From assembly GCA_965223845.1 (NCBI GenBank), contig CBDCXR010000004.1:1312001-1376000 (forward strand): DNA of 64,000 nt, in the 5' to 3' direction. Each line of letters opens with the position of its first letter. Position 1 is the stretch's first letter. The DNA comes from Planctomycetota bacterium (lineage in GTDB: Bacteria > Planctomycetota > UBA8108 > SXIK01). The notes under the pieces are model-generated. The model saw only the letters and a list, made by a program, of their open reading frames with translations, ran no database searches and was not told the DNA's origin. The translations under genes and the position numbers were made by a program. Below are positions 19,509 through 29,620 of this stretch, one piece after another.

Positions 19509-20816
19509 ATGGACTTCTACGAGAAAATCGCGGCGCGCAGCGCTCGGATCGGAGTCGTCGGCCTGGGCCACGTCGGCCTCCCGCTTCTTCAGGCGTTTGT
19601 CGACGCTGGATTTCGCGGCGTCGGGATCGATCGGGACCGCGAGAAGGTCGCCGCGCTGCGCGACGGAATCTCCCCGATCGATCGAGTCTCCTCCGAATGG
19701 TTGGCCGCGCGGACGGAGGAGCGCCGGGTCGTCGTCACGGCGGAGAACGCCGCGCTCGCCGAGGTCGATGCGGTCGCGATCTGCGTTCCGACGCCGCTCA
19801 CGAAGGCGCGGGAGCCCGATCTCGCGCCGCTCCGCGAGGCCGCGAGCGAAGTCGGCCGGCACGGCGCGCCGGGCGCCCTCGTCGTCGTCGAGAGCACGAG
19901 CTACCCTGGCACGACCGAGGACGTCGTACGGCCGCTGATCGAGGCGGAGGGCCGGCGGCTCGGGCGCGACGTGTTCCTCGCGCATTCACCCGCGCGCGAG
20001 GATCCCGGAAATCCCGAGTTTCGCATTCGCTCGATCCCGAAGGTGGTCGCGGGCGTCGACGCCGACAGCACGTCTCGCGCGAAGGCACTCTACTCCGCAG
20101 TCGTCGGCGAGGTCGTCATCGTGTCGAGCCCCGCCGCGGCGGAGGCGACGAAGATCCTCGAGAACATCTACCGATCGGTCAACATCGCCCTCGTCAACGA
20201 GCTCAAGGTCGTTTTCGATCGCATGGGCGTCGATATCTGGGAGGCAATCGGCGCCGCGTCGACGAAACCCTTCGGGTTTCACGCGTTCTATCCCGGTCCG
20301 GGGCTCGGTGGACCGTGCATCCCCGTCGATCCGTTCTATCTCGCGTGGAAGGCGCGAGAGTTCGACCGCGGGACGCGCTTTATCGAGCTCGCCGGTGAAG
20401 TGAACATGGCGATGCCGCATTTCGTGGTCGAGAAGGTCAGCGGTGCGCTCAACGAACGCCGTCAAGCGCTCCGCGGGTCGCGCGGCCTCGTGATCGGCCT
20501 CGCGTACAAGCGGAATATCCGGGACGTCCGGGGCGGACCGGCGTTCCGCATCATCGAGCTTCTCGCGGCCGCGGGAGTCGACGTGGTCTACCACGATCCG
20601 CACGTCGCGAGCTTTCCGAGCGGCGAGTGCGCCGTCGAAGTTCCCGGCGTGCCCCTCGCCGATGACGAGCTCCGGCGGGCAGACTTCGTCGTGATCGTGA
20701 CCGACCACGACGACATCGATTGGGCCTTTGTCGTAGAGCACGCGCGGCTCGTGATCGATACGCGCAACGCCACCCGGGCGGTGCGCGAGGGTCGCGATCG
20801 GATCGTGCTCGCGTGA
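19509..20816 (+). CDS. Nucleotide-sugar dehydrogenase (UDP-GlcNAc/ManNAc 6-dehydrogenase, WbpA-like) with atypical active-site residues
   Basis: GVVGLGHVGLP, ICVPTP, ESTSYPGTT, KILENIYRSVNIALVNE, TKPFGF, GPGLGGPCIPVDP, DTRNA. Confidence 0.85.
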   Translation: MDFYEKIAARSARIGVVGLGHVGLPLLQAFVDAGFRGVGIDRDREKVAALRDGISPIDRVSSEWLAARTEERRVVVTAENAALAEVDAVAICVPTPLTKAREPDLAPLREAASEVGRHGAPGALVVVESTSYPGTTEDVVRPLIEAEGRRLGRDVFLAHSPAREDPGNPEFRIRSIPKVVAGVDADSTSRAKALYSAVVGEVVIVSSPAAAEATKILENIYRSVNIALVNELKVVFDRMGVDIWEAIGAASTKPFGFHAFYPGPGLGGPCIPVDPFYLAWKAREFDRGTRFIELAGEVNMAMPHFVVEKVSGALNERRQALRGSRGLVIGLAYKRNIRDVRGGPAFRIIELLAAAGVDVVYHDPHVASFPSGECAVEVPGVPLADDELRRADFVVIVTDHDDIDWAFVVEHARLVIDTRNATRAVREGRDRIVLA

Positions 20817-21004
20817 CGCAGAGCCCGTAGACCGCGGCGGTCGCAGGGGAGCTCTTCGCCCGGGGCTGCCTTCGTGGCGAACGCTCGCTCTGGCGCAGAG
20901 CCAGCGAACGACCAGGGGGGCTTCGTGAACGTCCCCTCAGAACGTAGCTCGCGTCGAGCGCTTCTTTCTAGACCGGTCTCTCGCTGTCGCCGCCGCCTCA
21001 GTTC

Positions 21005-21050
21005 AAAAAAAAACCGACTCCGGCGCGGCGAGCACGCCGAGGAGTCGGTT
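21005..21050 (-). terminator. Rho-independent terminator downstream of the PKD/Fn3 lipoprotein gene
   Basis: Perfect 10-bp stem AACCGACTCC (21012-21021) / GGAGTCGGTT (21041-21050), extended by inner pairing and followed on the minus strand by a run of T. Confidence 0.8.
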
Positions 21051-21127
21051 GACGCAAAGAGGATAGTTTCTGGCCTGCCGCGCCCGCCCCGCCGGCGACG
21101 GCGGGAGCGGGCGACGGGCGGCGACGG

Positions 21128-22627
21128 TCAGATGTCGATTCGTACTTCGGGTCCGGGCGTGCTCTCGTTTCCGAACTGGTCGACCGCGATCACGGTCACG
21201 AAGTAGGTGCCCGGGAGCAACTCCGGGAGGACGTAGCTCGTCTCCGTGCCCGCGTTGAACGAGTCGGTGTACGAGCCCGAGGTCGTCCCGAGTAGAACGC
21301 GGAATTCAGCGAAATCGAGAAGGGTGGAGCCGTCCTCGTTGGCGGTCGGCGCCTCCCAAGCGAGAGCGACGATCTCCTCCGGCGTGACGATCTCGACCGT
21401 CCACGCGACCGAGTCGAGCGCTGTCTCGTGCGCCGCACCGTCGTCTACCGTGCAGCGAACCTCGTAAACTCCGACTACGTCGAACGTGAGGTTGATCGAG
21501 AAGCCGGTCTCGCTCTGCTCGACGCCGTCGACTGACCACCGTGCGGTCACCGGGTCACCTTCGACATCGTCAGCCGTGACGCTGAACTCGATCGCAGTGC
21601 CCGTGGCAGCACGGAGGTTCAGCGTGGACGGTGACGTCGACGAAATCGCCGGGGGCTCATTGGGCGCGGGTTCCGGCTCCGGAGTGGGTTCGGGTTCCGG
21701 CTCGGGTTCTGGAGTCGGCTCGGGCTCCGGTTCGGGCTCTGGAGTCGGCTCCGGCTCTGGTTCCGGAGTTGGCTCGGGCTCCGGAGTCGGTTCGGGCTCT
21801 GGTTCCGGAGTCGGCTCGGGCTCTGGTTCCGGAGCTGGCTCGGGCTCTGGAGTCGGTTCAGGTTCTGGCTCCGGAGTCGGCTCAGGCGTTGGTTCCGGAG
21901 TCGGCTCGGGCTCTGGTTCCGGGGTCGGTTCCGGCGAAATGATCACTGGATCCGTCACTTCGACGACGAAGCTCACGATTGCGACTGCGCCTTCGTCGTC
22001 GAACACGCGAGCGGAGAAGGGGTACCGACCCGCGGCCGCGTAGGTATGTTCGGCGCTCGCTCCGGTCGCAGTCGCGCCGTCACCGAACGCCCACTCGATA
22101 GCGGCGGAATCGATGACCGACTCGACATCGGAAGCCGAGCCGGCGAACTGCACCGTCAAGGCGTCGACGCGCGGCTCGTCGAGTGTCAGGCTAGGCGGGT
22201 GGTTCAAGCTCAGCGTCTCGTTCAGAGTGCTCTCGGCACCACTCGCGTCGATGTACGAGAGGGCGATGGGAAAGTCACCGCCGGTCGCGTACGTGTGAAC
22301 GGGCTGAGCCTCCGAGGATACGCTCCCATCCCCGAAGGACCATTCGACAACTGCCGCGCCCGATTCGGTGGCGTTCGCCACGAAGAACTCGACCTCGAGG
22401 GGGAACGCCGGATCGAACTCGACGTCGACCACGGGCGCGATGACGGGGTTCTCGTCGGGCGAGGCTTCGGCGCCGCCGCCGAGCGCTTCGGCGACCTTGC
22501 TTCCGCACGAAGTCAGATGGAACAAGCAAAAGCCGGCGACGACGGCGATGCCCCATCGCCGGAGACCAGTCGGAGCGACGAACCGCTCGGAGTGGGCTCG
22601 CGCAGAATTCAATTCGGGAGCGGACAT
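21128..22627 (-). CDS. Surface lipoprotein: 2 PKD domains, Pro/Glu/Thr stalk, Ig-like domain, C-terminal Fn3
   Basis: Lipobox LTSC; WSFGDG..HTY and WAFGDG..HTY; (EP/TP)n linker; C-terminal [13 protein letters not shown]...[18 protein letters not shown]. Confidence 0.8.
   Translation of the reverse strand: MSAPELNSARAHSERFVAPTGLRRWGIAVVAGFCLFHLTSCGSKVAEALGGGAEASPDENPVIAPVVDVEFDPAFPLEVEFFVANATESGAAVVEWSFGDGSVSSEAQPVHTYATGGDFPIALSYIDASGAESTLNETLSLNHPPSLTLDEPRVDALTVQFAGSASDVESVIDSAAIEWAFGDGATATGASAEHTYAAAGRYPFSARVFDDEGAVAIVSFVVEVTDPVIISPEPTPEPEPEPTPEPTPEPTPEPEPEPTPEPEPAPEPEPEPTPEPEPEPTPEPEPTPEPEPEPTPEPEPEPEPTPEPEPEPEPTPEPEPAPNEPPAISSTSPSTLNLRAATGTAIEFSVTADDVEGDPVTARWSVDGVEQSETGFSINLTFDVVGVYEVRCTVDDGAAHETALDSVAWTVEIVTPEEIVALAWEAPTANEDGSTLLDFAEFRVLLGTTSGSYTDSFNAGTETSYVLPELLPGTYFVTVIAVDQFGNESTPGPEVRIDI
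21666..21933 (-). repeat. Low-complexity hexamer-based coding tandem repeat (EP/TP dipeptides, about 90 aa)
   Basis: Degenerate ggttcc/ggctcg/ggagtc/ggctct units; the third-position variation fits the Pro-Glu/Pro-Thr frame on the minus strand. Confidence 0.9.
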
Positions 22628-22818
22628 CGGTTCACCTTTCACGGGCTTCGGCGCGAGGGGGCCCCGGAGTTCGTTCCGTGCGCACGACGATCGGCGCGCG
22701 GAATTCGAGGGCCTCGCGTCCCGGCCGAAGCTCGGGGCAAGGTGAGTGCCAGCGATCGGCTTGGTCGCCCTAAGGTCCCGCGAGCGGGTTGTTTAAGGGA
22801 GAACCGGTCATCGCTCGG

Positions 22819-22846
22819 GAGGCGCTCCCGGGCCGCCCGTTCTTAC
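22819..22846 (-). promoter_or_regulatory. Candidate ECF-sigma promoter GTAAGAACG-N13-CGCCTC
   Basis: About 190 bp upstream of the PKD/Fn3 lipoprotein gene; boxes and spacing identical to 52074-52101. Confidence 0.45.
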
Positions 22847-23032
22847 ACGGCGGGGACGAAACGGTGCACCGGCTCGCGCTCGAAGGGTTGGGCCTCGTTA
22901 GGGGCACGCGTGCTCCCGGCGGCCCGCCCGCGTCCCGGAGACCCATGCCGGTCAGGCGCGCCCGGGGCGCTGGAGCGACACCGCGGGGGTGTTCGCGCGA
23001 TCTCTCGACCGGCCCTCGTTCGAGGAGGTCCT

Positions 23033-23812
23033 CTACGGGATCAGGACGAGCTCTTCGGAGAGCGGGCCTTCCGTACCGTCCGGGCAGACCTCCGCGACCG
23101 AGAGGTGGTACGTCGTTCCCGGGACGAGGTTCCGGAATTCGAACTCGCTCTGGATCGACACGTCGCCCAGCCAGTAGAAGGTCGACACGGGCTGAGTCCA
23201 CGTGTACTCGCGCTCGGCATGTCCGAGGTAGACGTTGTATCCGTACGACGGCGTGGGCGTGCCGGAGTCCCACCGGACGCGGATGCTCGCTCCGCGGCCG
23301 CCGCGGCAACCCGGCGGGTCGATCTCGCCGTCGCAGTCGTTGTCGACTCCGTCGCAAAACTCCTCAAAGGACGGCGTGACCGGGGGACCGTTTGTCCCTA
23401 GATACAGAAAGTTGATGAGGCGAATCGGATCGTTGAGATCGAGAATCCCGTCGCCCGTCGAGTCGCACAGCGGCGGACAGATCTTCCCCCGTCGACTCGA
23501 GAACAAGAAGTCGAGCGCGGAGATCACATCTCCGATGTCGACGGTCGAGTCGCGGTTGCAGTCGCCGCCTTTCCAACTAAACTCGGGCTCGACGAGATCG
23601 GCGGCGATGGCCGTCGAGAGCGTCCCGAATGAAGACGTACCGACACGGTCCGTAGCGGACTCGGAAATCAACAACACCGTCACCGCGACGAGGACTTTGC
23701 GGCACCAGCGGGGGCACCGGACGTACCGGCGGCGGCGCGAACGACAAACGTTCAGACCGTCGACAGCATAGGAGTCGTCGTCGCCGCGAAACCCAACCCA
23801 GCGGCGGCGCAT
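23033..23812 (-). CDS. Secreted protein: dockerin-like domain, Cys/Asp metal-binding motif, C-terminal Fn3 (start uncertain)
   Basis: GDCNRDSTVDIGD..SALDFLF...CDSTGDGILDLNDP; EEFCDGVDNDCDGEID; VRWDS...YGYNVYLG...LVPGTTYHLSV. Confidence 0.7.
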   Translation of the reverse strand: MRRRWVGFRGDDDSYAVDGLNVCRSRRRRYVRCPRWCRKVLVAVTVLLISESATDRVGTSSFGTLSTAIAADLVEPEFSWKGGDCNRDSTVDIGDVISALDFLFSSRRGKICPPLCDSTGDGILDLNDPIRLINFLYLGTNGPPVTPSFEEFCDGVDNDCDGEIDPPGCRGGRGASIRVRWDSGTPTPSYGYNVYLGHAEREYTWTQPVSTFYWLGDVSIQSEFEFRNLVPGTTYHLSVAEVCPDGTEGPLSEELVLIP

Positions 23813-24378
23813 TCTGCGTTCCTTACAGTCGTCTCAGAATCTTGGGGAAACCCTACACCCGTCGCCCCGACAGACCTCCCCAGCACTGTCATTCCCTGAG
23901 CACTGTGATCAAGTCCCGTTTGCGAGGACTCGACTCAAGGAAAGCGCTACGAAATCGAGGCGAGAAAGGCGACCGCGAGTCCGCGACTCACGACGCAGTG
24001 GAGAACGCAAATGTTAGGCCACTCAGTTCCCTTTCGCAACCGGGAATCCGGGTGTAAACCAATGGTTTGGCGCCTTTCTGCGTGGCGTTTCAGACGACAG
24101 CCGGCGGGACCGAAGTAGAGGGTGCGGGACTTGCCGACACAACATCCGGAAACCGGTCGAACATCTCCCCGAAAACCGACCACTAGCTCAATGTTTTTCG
24201 GTAGGTGTTCGGGAGGCGAGGCGTCTTTTGTCGGAGAATCCGTCGTTCCATCTCGTTCGCTTCGGCGCGATCTTGGTTCTCGAAATCGGACGACGCCGAG
24301 TCCCGACGCCGCAATCCCGCGCCTTCTGAACACTCCGCCAACCGGTTCTTCCATCGACGGACCACACCGAGCCGCGCC

Positions 24379-25275
24379 GTGACGAACGCATCGCAGTCGC
24401 AGATCCCCGACTCCACGATCGCCGCTAGCCTGCACGCGAATCGCATCGCCGTGGGTGCTGCCGCCGCCGGATTCATCGCGTTCTTCTGGACGACCGGACG
24501 CGGGTTGATCGAGCAGTGGTCGAGGGACGACGACTACTCCTTCTGCTTTCTCGTCCCGGTGATCTCGCTCGCGATCCTGTGGGCCGATCGAAAACGACTC
24601 GGCGCGCTGCCGGCGCGACGATCGATACTCGGGCTCGTCGCCTGCGTCCTCGCGCTCGGTGCGTACCTCTTCGCGCAGCATCTTTCGATCAACCTCATCG
24701 CGCGACTCGCGGGGTGGGGCACGTTCGTCGGTGCGGTGATCTTTTGTCTCGGGTGGGGCATCGTCAGGGCGAAGGCGTTCCCGTTCCTGTTTCTCCTCTT
24801 CGCGATCCCTCCGCCCTTCTTCGTTACGTCGCCCATTCGTCTCGAGCTGAAGCGACTGGTGACGCTCCTCTCGACGGAGCTCCTCACACTCGTCGGGGTG
24901 CCGATCGCTCCCGATGGGAACGTGCTCGTTCTCGGCGAGCACCTACTCGAAGTGGCCGACGCCTGCACCGGCATCCGTTCGCTCATGGTGATCATCGCGA
25001 CGTCCGTTCTCTTCGCCTACGTGTTCCGCTGCCGCTGGTGGACGGGAGCGCTTCTCGTCGCGACGGCGATTCCCATCACGGTCGCGGCGAACGTCGGTCG
25101 CATCATCGTGGTCGCGGGCGCACTTTACGTCCTCGACCTCGACCTCACGAGCGGCGTCGCTCACGAGGCGGTCGGAATGGCGGCGTTCGTGGTCAGTCTC
25201 GTCCTTCTCTACGTGACCTATCGCTTCTACGAATGGTGTCTCGCATCGCCGGCGCCGAAGGGGGACGAGTCATGA
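24379..25275 (+). CDS. Exosortase (EpsH/Xrt family)
   Basis: About 8 TM helices; WSRDDDYSFCFLVP, FPFLFLLFAIPPP, LEVADACTGIRSL (Cys), ANVGRI (Arg), AHEAVG (His); start could be 24205. Confidence 0.9.
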   Translation: MTNASQSQIPDSTIAASLHANRIAVGAAAAGFIAFFWTTGRGLIEQWSRDDDYSFCFLVPVISLAILWADRKRLGALPARRSILGLVACVLALGAYLFAQHLSINLIARLAGWGTFVGAVIFCLGWGIVRAKAFPFLFLLFAIPPPFFVTSPIRLELKRLVTLLSTELLTLVGVPIAPDGNVLVLGEHLLEVADACTGIRSLMVIIATSVLFAYVFRCRWWTGALLVATAIPITVAANVGRIIVVAGALYVLDLDLTSGVAHEAVGMAAFVVSLVLLYVTYRFYEWCLASPAPKGDES

Positions 25276-25976
25276 ATCGGTTCGCAGTCGTCGCCGTGCT
25301 TCTCTGGTGCGCGTTCGCTCTCAAGGTCGGGCTCGTCGGCTCGGCCGATGGCCGCGTCGAGGCCCTCGATCCGCGCATCCCGCTCTCGGAGTACCCCGAA
25401 ACCGTCTTCGGAGCAGGCTGGTCGGTGAAAAACGTCGAGCTTCCGGCCCGCGTGGTGGAGCTCGCCGGGCTTTCCGACTACGTCCACCGAGAGTACCGAC
25501 AAGGAGGGCGCGCGTTCGTTCTCTACGTCGCTTACGTCCGCGGCCGCGCGAACGATGGGATCCACCACCCGAGCGTCTGTCTCCCGAGCCACGGGCTCGA
25601 AATCCAGTCGCAGGAAACGTATTCGATCGCCGCGAGCTCGAAGCGCGCCGTCGACTGCATGGAACTGCGCTGCGAGAGCAAGTTCGGCGAGGGACTCTTC
25701 AGTCTGTCGACGTTCTACGGGAACGGACGCTTCCATCCCGATCCCAACGCACTCCGTCTGGCGGACCGCCTCTCTCCTATGCGATACTACGTCATGGTGA
25801 CGGTGACCGGAGACTACATCGGGTCGCTGGACCGGACGCGGGAGTTCTACTCCGAGCGCATGCGCGAGGCGCTGCCCGCGCTTATGGCTCATCTCCCCGG
25901 GGCAGTCGTAGAGGCCGAGAGCGAGGCTAGCGGTGAGTCCGCCACCCGCGCGGGTGAATCCACACGGGTCGAGTGA
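25272..25976 (+). CDS. Exosortase-associated EpsI family protein
   Basis: ATGA overlap with the exosortase; N-terminal TM; SDYVHREY..LYVAY...IHHPSVCLPSHG (H-x-P-x-x-C motif). Confidence 0.8.
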   Translation: MNRFAVVAVLLWCAFALKVGLVGSADGRVEALDPRIPLSEYPETVFGAGWSVKNVELPARVVELAGLSDYVHREYRQGGRAFVLYVAYVRGRANDGIHHPSVCLPSHGLEIQSQETYSIAASSKRAVDCMELRCESKFGEGLFSLSTFYGNGRFHPDPNALRLADRLSPMRYYVMVTVTGDYIGSLDRTREFYSERMREALPALMAHLPGAVVEAESEASGESATRAGESTRVE

Positions 25977-26077
25977 CGCAGCGTTACGCCCGGACCGATC
26001 CGAACGAGTGAGCCGAATCCCAGAGTGATCCAGCGCCCGCGAGTTTCGTCCGGCGCCCTCCAACCCGATAGCCGAGC

Positions 26078-29000
26078 ATGAAGCTACGCCTCTTCCTTTT
26101 TTTGCTCTTCCTGATCGCGATTCCCGCGGTGCCGCTCTACCTGCTCCGCGACACCCAGGACAATCAGATCCGGCGGTGGCGGGACGCGTCGCGGACGTTC
26201 CTTTACGACATCGGCGATCTGGACCGCGCCGAGGAGCTGAACGAGCAGGTGCTCGCGCGGTTGCCGGAGTCGGTGACGGACCGCGTCGTTCGCGCGCTGA
26301 TCTTGGAGGCGCGCGGCACGGAAGAGTCTCTGACGCAGTCACTTGAGGCACACGAGGCGCTCGTCGAGGAGTTTGGGTCGCGGCTCCTCGTCCTCCATCT
26401 CTACCGCGCCCGAATTCTGATGGCGCTCGGACGCGCGGGCGAGGCTCGAGCGGTCGCCTGGAGCGTCGTCGACGGTTTTCCCTATGCCGCGACGATGGAG
26501 CTCGGGCGCATCGCGATGGCGCTCCACGAGACCCGGGCCGCCCTCGATCACTTTCGCCGCGCCACGGAGTTCGCCGGCGGGGCGTTCGAATCGGTCGGCG
26601 CGTGGGTCGGGCTCGCCGACGCGGCTCAGGCTCTGCAGCAGACTCCAGTCTCCACGCTGACCGCCGTCGAGACGGAAACGCTTCAGCGGCAGTACGTCGG
26701 TGCTCTCGAGAAGGCCCTCCAAGATCTGATCGATGCGGAGAGTACTCTCGCCCACCCGCGGCGTCTTCTCTGGGTCACGCGGATCGCCGATCGCCTCGCG
26801 GCGACCGAGAGCTCGATGCGGACGCCGTTCTACAACTGCTTTCAGCGCCTGGAGGATCTGCGCGTCCGCGACCGTCACATGTCCGGACTCAGCTTTTACA
26901 GCCTCGTCAGCGGCCTTCTCCTCCTCAAGGCGGCGGAATTCGAAGCTACCCTCCTCGAAGCGGCGAGCGGTGAGAACCAGGCCTCGCTCTTCGTCGCGGC
27001 GAACCATCGCCTGGCGCGCGCGCTCGCCGCCTATTCAGTGAAAGACGCGCGCGATTTGCTTGCGAAGGTTCCGGAGCCCGAGCCGGAGACTCCGCCCGCG
27101 CCGGACGACGAGGACGACCGCGCGACGAAGACGTCCATCGTCGCCGACTACGCCGAGGTGCTCCGCGATCGCAAGCACTACACCGAGATCCTCATGGCGG
27201 TCGCGAACGGGTATCTCGCCTCGAGCCGGTTCAACATTCTCCTCAGCGACGACTCGGAGCTCTCCCTCGCCGCGCGAATCGCCGACGCCGTCGCGTGCGA
27301 CGACGCGGATATCAGCGCGACGTTCCGTCTCGTGCAGGGTCTCGCGCGCTACCGCGGCGGCGCTGCGGCGTCCACGGAGTGGCTCGAATCGTTCTTCGAC
27401 GGATTCTCCGAGACCGAGACGATGCGGATGGCGCTCGCGCTCGCGACGTGGTCGTTCGATCACTTGCCGAGCACCGATCTGGCCGGGAGGTTCCTCGATC
27501 TGGCCCAGCGTTCGGGCAAGTACTCGCGCGAGCTGCTCGGTGCGCAGGCGATCCTCCTCAGCCGCATGCGCGAGCGGCCTCAGACGGCGGAGCGCGCGGA
27601 GAAGGATCTCGAACAGCTCATCGGGTCGGCCGCCGAGAACTCGCGCGACTTCAAGGAGCATCTCCGGGTCGTCGATCTCCTCACGCGGGTCCACGGTGCG
27701 AGCCGCGCGCTGCAGTATCTTCGCGGGATCGAGGTCGTTCCCGCCGATCAGCTCGCGTACGAAGCGACGCGGGACCGCCTCGCGACGATCGCGGAACACT
27801 CCACGCCGCCCGACGCCGAGCGCCTGCGCAACGCGCTCGCACTTCGCATCCGACTTCTCCTCCACCATCCCGGAGCCCTTCCGACGCCGGATGCGCCGTC
27901 GATTCGTGAGAGCGTGATCCGTCTTCGCGATGATCCGAGTGGGGGCGACGACGCGGTGGACGACGTGGTGGGGAGCCTCGTTCGCGACGCGTTTCCGGCG
28001 GCGTCGGACGACGAGTCGAAGCGCTTCGTGAGGATCCTGCGCGCGTTTTGTCGCCAGGAGTTCGCGGTCGTGTTCGCGGACTCGGAGCCCCTCGCTGACG
28101 GCGATTCGTTCCAGCCAGTCCTCTCCCTCATTCGTGGGACGAGCGCACTACGACTAGGGACCGGCACCGGCGAAGAAGCGATCACCTCCGAGGTGCAAAA
28201 AGCTCAGCGCGAGTGGCTCGATCGAGCGCGCGCAGAGTTTCAGCGCTATCCGGACTACCCTCCGAATCGACTCGAGCTGTTCCGAGCGCGCCTCGCTCGC
28301 GTGCCGGTCGATCGCGACATCGACGCCGAATTGCTCGCGGAGCTCGAGTCGGCCGCGCTGGGCGGGGAGCTGGGGCCCCAGGGGCAGTGGCTGCTCGTCC
28401 TCGCGCTCCAGCATCGGCTGAACGCGCAGCTCGCGGAAGTCGAGTTCGATGCCGCCGCCGCGCGCGCGACCTTCGTCAAGCTGAGGCGAGTCCTCCGATC
28501 GCTGCTCGAGCTCGATCCCGGGTTTCTGCCCGCGTACGAAGCGCTCGCCGAGACTTACGTCTTCGCCGACGGCGCCGACGACGACCTCCGCGAGGTGTTC
28601 GAGGTCGATCGAGAGCGCGCGATCAACGCGCTTCGCGCTGCCCCCGCGCTGACGCTCCCGATGCTCCGGCGCCTCACCCAAATCATGCCGGCGTCTCGAC
28701 CGCCGCAGGAGACGCTCGTCTACCTCGAGGCGCTCGCGCTCCTCGAGCCGTCCGCGGACGTCTTCATCGTGCTGAGCGAATACTACTTGAAGATCGCGCC
28801 GCCCGAGTTCTACCTCCGGCTCTACGCCGAGGATCCCGCGCCGCCCCCGCAGGAGCTGGCGGTTCGGGAGGCCGAGGAGGAGCTCGCAACGATCGTGCGC
28901 AGCGTGCTCGGGGCCGACGGTCGGAAAATCCGCGCTCTCGTCGAATTCCTTCGCTCCTCAACCTCCTCCGGCTCGATCCGCGGAGTCGTGATCGAGGCGC

Positions 29001-29620
29001 TCGCGGAACGGTTCCGCTCGGTGCCGGAGCAGAGCGCGGTGCGGGAGCTGGCGCTCGCCCAGCACTTCTCGCGGCTCCGGGAGCAGGCGATCACGTCCAA
29101 TGTCAAGCATACGTACAAACAGCGTATGCTAGAGCACTACTCCCGGTCCCGGGAGTTTTTCGAGACTCTCGGCCAGAGTCCACCTATCCTGTTGTTGAAC
29201 AACCTCGCATGGCATCTTTTGTCCGAGCCGGATGAGGATGCCCGGAGGAGAGGTCTGGAAATTGCAAGGACGGCCAAGCAGCGGGCCTTAGGGCCGGATC
29301 GGATGCCTCAGGTGTACGACACCTACGCCTGGGCGCTCTACCGAAACGGCGAGCTTGTCGACGCACTCCGGGAATACCGGAGCCTGCTGGAGATTCAGGA
29401 CGCGCCAAGTTATCGGTTTCGGTTCGCGAAGGTTCTGTCGGATTCCGGGTGGGACCACGACGCGCTCGCCGAGCTGAACCGCGTGCTGAATCTGCCGCAC
29501 TCGTTTCCGGAGCGAGAAGAAGCGAAACTCCTCAAGCACGAAGTCTCGAGCCGAATCTCGGCCCGAGACGACGAAGAATCTGATTCTGACTCCGGCGCGG
29601 AGCCGAAAACCTCCTCATGA
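26078..29620 (+). CDS. Large membrane-anchored TPR/helical protein (PrsT-like position in an exosortase locus)
   Basis: N-terminal TM; C-terminal LLNNLAWHL...YDTYAWALYRNG...RFRFAKVL...FPEREEAK, typical of exosortase-system TPR proteins. Confidence 0.7.
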   Translation: MKLRLFLFLLFLIAIPAVPLYLLRDTQDNQIRRWRDASRTFLYDIGDLDRAEELNEQVLARLPESVTDRVVRALILEARGTEESLTQSLEAHEALVEEFGSRLLVLHLYRARILMALGRAGEARAVAWSVVDGFPYAATMELGRIAMALHETRAALDHFRRATEFAGGAFESVGAWVGLADAAQALQQTPVSTLTAVETETLQRQYVGALEKALQDLIDAESTLAHPRRLLWVTRIADRLAATESSMRTPFYNCFQRLEDLRVRDRHMSGLSFYSLVSGLLLLKAAEFEATLLEAASGENQASLFVAANHRLARALAAYSVKDARDLLAKVPEPEPETPPAPDDEDDRATKTSIVADYAEVLRDRKHYTEILMAVANGYLASSRFNILLSDDSELSLAARIADAVACDDADISATFRLVQGLARYRGGAAASTEWLESFFDGFSETETMRMALALATWSFDHLPSTDLAGRFLDLAQRSGKYSRELLGAQAILLSRMRERPQTAERAEKDLEQLIGSAAENSRDFKEHLRVVDLLTRVHGASRALQYLRGIEVVPADQLAYEATRDRLATIAEHSTPPDAERLRNALALRIRLLLHHPGALPTPDAPSIRESVIRLRDDPSGGDDAVDDVVGSLVRDAFPAASDDESKRFVRILRAFCRQEFAVVFADSEPLADGDSFQPVLSLIRGTSALRLGTGTGEEAITSEVQKAQREWLDRARAEFQRYPDYPPNRLELFRARLARVPVDRDIDAELLAELESAALGGELGPQGQWLLVLALQHRLNAQLAEVEFDAAAARATFVKLRRVLRSLLELDPGFLPAYEALAETYVFADGADDDLREVFEVDRERAINALRAAPALTLPMLRRLTQIMPASRPPQETLVYLEALALLEPSADVFIVLSEYYLKIAPPEFYLRLYAEDPAPPPQELAVREAEEELATIVRSVLGADGRKIRALVEFLRSSTSSGSIRGVVIEALAERFRSVPEQSAVRELALAQHFSRLREQAITSNVKHTYKQRMLEHYSRSREFFETLGQSPPILLLNNLAWHLLSEPDEDARRRGLEIARTAKQRALGPDRMPQVYDTYAWALYRNGELVDALREYRSLLEIQDAPSYRFRFAKVLSDSGWDHDALAELNRVLNLPHSFPEREEAKLLKHEVSSRISARDDEESDSDSGAEPKTSS

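Noticed and set aside
20816-21128. ncRNA or riboswitch in a hairpin-rich convergent intergenic region
   Set aside because: The hairpins are explained as terminators; no tRNA or riboswitch consensus recognised (an Rfam scan would settle it)
21666-21933. Possible CRISPR array
   Set aside because: Contiguous hexamer repeats with no unique spacers, inside a CDS, and no cas genes in the window
21486-22043. Plus-strand ORF encoding a (Gly-Ser)n silk-like repeat
   Set aside because: Antisense shadow of the Pro-Glu/Thr linker; the minus frame carries real PKD and Fn3 domains
24067-24083. Sigma-54 promoter TTGGCGCCTTTCTGCG upstream of the exosortase
   Set aside because: GG-GC spacing is 9 nt rather than the required 10; TGGCACG at 14221 likewise lacks a -12 TTGC
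27060-27110. VPEP motif in the TPR protein as a PEP-CTERM signal
   Set aside because: Internal to the protein and not followed by a TM helix and basic tail
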